Assembly (NCBI GenBank): GCA_033442325.1
Contig: JAWQFM010000006.1
Location: forward strand, 1,961,361-1,995,301
From: Salpingoeca rosetta
Lineage: Eukaryota; Protista; Choanoflagellata
Reading direction: 5' to 3'
Length of the DNA: 33,941 nucleotides
The translations under genes were made by a program, and so were the position numbers. How positions within the stretch are numbered: the first letter of the stretch is position 1; each line of letters opens with the position of its first letter. Below, piece after piece: positions 32,303 through 33,941 of this stretch. The notes beneath the pieces are model-generated. The model was not told the DNA's origin, did not search any database, and saw only the letters and a list, made by a program, of their open reading frames with translations.

Positions 32303-33755
32303 ATGACGATACAGCGAACTGCAGAGGCGGCACACCAAGCAACCCAGCGGCGCATCTCGCAGATGCTCCAGCAGGCATATGCGGACTTGAAACCGGGAAC
32401 CATGTTCAAGAGCAAGGATGGCGTGTTACGTGCTTTGGCAGTCGTCGCTGTGTTCCATGAGATGAATGCAGCCACCGTGTGAGTGCCTTACCTTGGTGCA
32501 TGCGCATGCGCCCACGTCCTGTGTTTGTACGTGCTTGCATGCAAGCAAGGAGAAGGAAGCACGCGCGTCCACTCACTCACAAACACATACTCTCTCGCTC
32601 TGTCTGCCTGTCTCACACACTCTCTATCACTCGCACTCACAAACACATACACTCATACACACACTCCACACACACACTCTCTCTCGTACACACACTTCCC
32701 CTGTCTCTCTGTCTATCACGCATTTTCGTGCACCCACATACATCCACATACACATACACATGCGCACATACACACATACACATGCACCCACACACATAAC
32801 TCCTCCTTCACACACACACACGTCAATCGCTGGGGTGCCTCTCGCAACTTGCATGGATGCACCACAGGATCAACACGGTTGGTTGCAAGGCAAGGGGGTT
32901 GAGGTGCCTACAGCAAGCACGGCAGCAGAAGCCTCTCGGCGGTGTGAGCAGTCACAACAGACGCAGCAGAGCAACAACCCCACGAGCAGACCCAAGGACA
33001 GCAGCGCTGACGTGGTGGGCCACAACTCCGACAGCAGGGACTTGACGTGCGCATTGTCGTGTATCCCATGGGTCTGCACGAGCTGTGCACCATACTTGCG
33101 CATCACGATGGTGTGGTAGACATCGAGTGTCTCCCACAAGCAGACGTCGTCCTTGCTCGGTGAGGCAATGTTTTTGTGTGCTTGCGAATGTGTGTGCGTG
33201 TGTGTGCGTGTGTGTCTTGTGTGTGTGTGTGAGTCTTGCGTGCGTGCGTTTTGTGTGCGTGTGCGTGTGCGTGCGCGTGTGTGCGTGTGTTGTGTGTGTG
33301 TGTGTGTGTGTGCGTGTGGCTGTGTGTGTGTGTGTGGTTGTGTGTGTGTGTGTGTGTGTGCGTGTGCGCGTGCGTGTGTGAGTGCGTGCGTGTTGTATGC
33401 GTGTGCGTGCGTTTTGTGTGCGTGTGCGTGTGCGTGTGCGTGCGTGTTGTATGCGTGTGCGTGTGCGTGCGTGCGTGTGTTGCGTGTGTGTGTGTGTGGT
33501 TGTGTGTGTGGTTGTGTGTGTGTGTGCGTGCGCGCGTGTGTGTGACTGGATAACCCTTTAGCCCTTTGACCCTATTCATAATGTGAGCGGACGCAGCACA
33601 TCCTTACATGTACAGTCACTTGTGTTCTCACGCACAGGTTCAGGGGTCATGAGGATGTGGAACTTGTAGTTGTGGACATTGATGGCTGTTGCTCCATTAG
33701 CTACATTTCGTGTACAGATCCTTTGCGACACTCGGCAAGGCCACAGGACTGCTAG
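32303..33755 (+). CDS. Small spliced protein (~164 aa), candidate tRNA-splicing endonuclease subunit Sen15/TSEN15-like. Exons 32303-32478, 32868-32943, 33035-33159, 33638-33755
   Basis: Three GT-AG introns with compatible phases (2,0,2). The product ...AVFHEMNAATVINTVGCKARGLRCLQ...GQGLDVRIVVYP...VELVVVDIDGCCSISYISCTD loosely resembles recalled TSEN15 (VNCVG...LICL...GEGLQTVVP...LAIVESDSTIVYYKLTD). Confidence 0.45.
33175..33545. repeat. Compound (TG)/(TGCG)n intronic microsatellite
   Basis: Directly visible in intron 33160-33637. Confidence 0.9.
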
Positions 33756-33941
33756 GAGCAGGATTCTGTTGGCGTGGCATGCGATGAACGCAGCACCAGA
33801 CCTTGTTCAGGTACGCACTGTATGCTTCCATGTATGTGTGTGTGTGTGTTGCGTGTGTGTGTGATGGCTCACGCAAGTGTCTTCGCTAGCGACCGCTTCT
33901 TTTCCATCTCGCGCCACTGTGCATCCCTTCCCCTCACCGTC

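Noticed and set aside
31877-33139. Minus-strand ORFs 31877..32338, 32209..32475 and 32870..33139
   Set aside because: Splice signals and a phase-consistent model favour the plus strand

Overview
Eukaryotic, GC-rich, intron-containing DNA with (CA)n/(GA)n microsatellites in the introns. The style suggests a choanoflagellate such as Salpingoeca rosetta (inference). I built five gene models by hand from the ORF track and splice sites. (1) A minus-strand PHD-like finger + SQ/TQ-cluster gene that runs off the left edge. (2) A divergently transcribed, intronless UBE2U-like ubiquitin-conjugating enzyme (1417-3468, +). (3) A giant ~6625-aa type-I membrane protein (25155-4106, -, 5 exons, one of 18 kb). 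Its order is: signal peptide, somatomedin B, 8 EGF repeats (4 split by a Cys-rich insert), 3x [TNFR-like Cys repeats, TMEM132-like module, Big-like region, cohesin, paired furin sites, dockerin, unknown domain], SEA-like domain, TM helix, PTB-like domain, GYLDV tyrosine-motif array. (4) A RASSF1/5-like C1-RA-SARAH gene whose 3' end probably lies in a 796-nt assembly gap. (5) A candidate TSEN15-like gene (+). The standout system is the giant receptor. Three times, a cohesin and a dockerin sit on either side of a doubly furin-cleavable linker. This suggests a polyprotein that is cut and then held together, or re-assorted, by cellulosome-type Ca2+-dependent clasps and coupled to phosphotyrosine signalling. 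All family assignments come from motif recognition by eye; no searches were run.
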